Of a stretch of DNA of 424 nt, positions 1-424 are shown piece after piece; position 1 is the stretch's first letter, and each line of letters starts with the position of its first letter. A program made the translations under genes and the position numbers. The stretch is from the sequence record X13332.1, one strand, 5' to 3'. Source of the DNA: a phage. The notes beneath the pieces are model-generated. The model was not told where the DNA came from and searched no databases. It saw only the letters and a list, made by a program, of their open reading frames with translations.

Positions 1-391
1 TTCTTCTGATGGTTCTTTCATTGTTGCTATGAAGGTTGATACTTCTCCGACTGACCCTAATTGTGTCATCTCTGCTGGTGTTAACCTTAGTTTTGCTGGT
101 ACCTCATACCCGATTGTTGGTATTGTTCGTTTTGAGTCTGCTTCTGAACAGCCTACTTCTATTGCTGGTAGTGAAGTTGAGCATTACCCAATTGAAATGT
201 CTGTTGGTTCTGGTGGTGTTTGTTCTGCTCGCGATTGTGCTACTGTTGATATTCATCCTCGTACTTCTGGTAATAATGTTTTTGTTGGTGTGATTTGTTC
301 TAGCGCTAAATGGACCTCCGGTCGTGTGATTGGTACCATCGCTACGACTCAGGTTATTCATGAATACCAAGTCCTTCAGCCGCTTAAATAA
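1..391 (+). CDS. G: Major spike protein G of a phiX174-like microvirus (Microviridae, Bullavirinae); 5'-partial, reading frame begins at nt 2, stop TAA at 389-391
   Basis: The frame is open with no stop from nt 2 to the TAA at 389-391 (129 codons visible). The ATG at 29 has no purine-rich Shine-Dalgarno upstream (ttcattgttgct), so it is probably internal. The translation shares motifs with the phiX174 G protein as I recall it: VRFES (nt 125-139; phiX LVRFESSS), [19 protein letters not shown] (nt 233-289; phiX DCVTIDVLPRTPGNNVYVG) and the C-terminus [14 protein letters not shown]-stop (phiX NQVIKEIICLQPLK-stop). Codon usage is strongly T-ending (about 81 of 120 codons by hand count), as is typical of phiX-like phage genes. 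Gene order matches: the next ORF resembles H. Confidence 0.87.
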
Positions 392-397
392 AAGGAG
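392..397 (+). promoter_or_regulatory. Shine-Dalgarno / ribosome-binding site (AAGGAG) for the downstream gene
   Basis: A canonical AAGGAG lies at 392-397, immediately after the G stop codon and 8 nt upstream of the ATG at 406-408, which is optimal spacing for translation initiation. Confidence 0.75.
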
Positions 398-405
398 TTA
401 CAGCG

Positions 406-424
406 ATGTTAGGTGCCGTTGTTG
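406..424 (+). CDS. H: Start of the downstream gene, probably minor spike / DNA pilot protein H (3'-partial; only 6 codons visible: MLGAVV)
   Basis: The ATG at 406 is preceded by the AAGGAG site with 8-nt spacing. It sits directly downstream of G, as H does in the phiX174 gene order (F-G-H). The N-terminus MLGAVV resembles the phiX174 H N-terminus MFGAIAGG as I recall it (small hydrophobic, Gly/Ala-rich). Only 19 nt are visible, so the call depends on context. Confidence 0.6.

Noticed and set aside
29-31. ATG at 29 as the true start of the G gene, as the ORF track implies.
   Set aside because: The frame stays open upstream to the window edge with no stop, there is no Shine-Dalgarno before the ATG, and homologous G proteins are about 175-190 aa, so roughly 45-60 codons are expected upstream. 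It is an internal methionine.
199-230. A G/T-rich low-complexity stretch (gtctgttggttctggtggtgtttgttctgct).
   Set aside because: It encodes a Gly/Ser/Val-rich loop ([10 protein letters not shown]) with T-ending codons, which is in-frame coding sequence and fits a flexible surface loop. There is no sign it is a slippery site or a simple-sequence repeat in its own right.
36-293. An 85-aa ORF in the +1 frame relative to G, encoding an extremely Leu/Val-rich hydrophobic peptide. It is tempting as an overprinted gene, since Microviridae are known for overlapping genes (E within D, B within A, K across A/C).
   Set aside because: It is mechanically explained by G's codon bias. The T-rich third position of G becomes the middle position of the +1 frame, giving NTN codons that can only encode L/V/I/F/M and can never be stop codons. 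It has no Shine-Dalgarno site and no precedent inside G. It would need cross-species conservation of the frame and reduced synonymous variation in G to be taken seriously.
98-338. Repeated GGTACC (KpnI) sites at 98-103 and 333-338, and recurring gctggt / tctggt motifs.
   Set aside because: These are short repeats produced by reusing the preferred Gly-Thr and Ala-Gly/Ser-Gly codons (ggt, acc, gct, tct) in a compositionally biased gene. They are not a structured repeat, CRISPR array or regulatory element.
104-370. An 88-aa ORF on the minus strand, rich in N/T/R/S.
   Set aside because: It is the antisense of T-ending codons. The reverse complement of NNT is ANN, which cannot be a stop codon, so long open antisense frames are expected by composition alone. 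Bullavirus genes are all on the virion strand, and there is no RBS or recognisable protein features.
1-424. Possibility of a novel defence or accessory system, as the prompt suggests.
   Set aside because: The whole window is accounted for by one recognisable phage structural gene, a short spacer with an RBS, and the start of the next structural gene. There is no unexplained sequence, repeat array or unusual domain.

Overview
This window looks like the 3' two-thirds of the major spike protein gene (G) of a phiX174-like microvirus (Microviridae, Bullavirinae), followed by a 14-nt spacer with a Shine-Dalgarno site and the first six codons of what is most likely the downstream gene H (minor spike / DNA pilot protein). 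The G reading frame is open from nt 2, so the gene starts upstream of the window and the ATG at 29 is an internal methionine. The identification rests on my recollection of the phiX174 G protein, whose C-terminal half shares clear motifs with this translation (VRFES, DC.T.D..PRT.GNNV.VG, QVI......LQPLK-stop); no database search was possible. The protein is clearly not phiX174 itself but a diverged relative (G4/alpha3/St-1-like or an unnamed one). The two other ORFs in the track are by-products of the T-rich third-codon position of G. I see no evidence of a novel system here; this is a compact, well-understood phage structural gene region.
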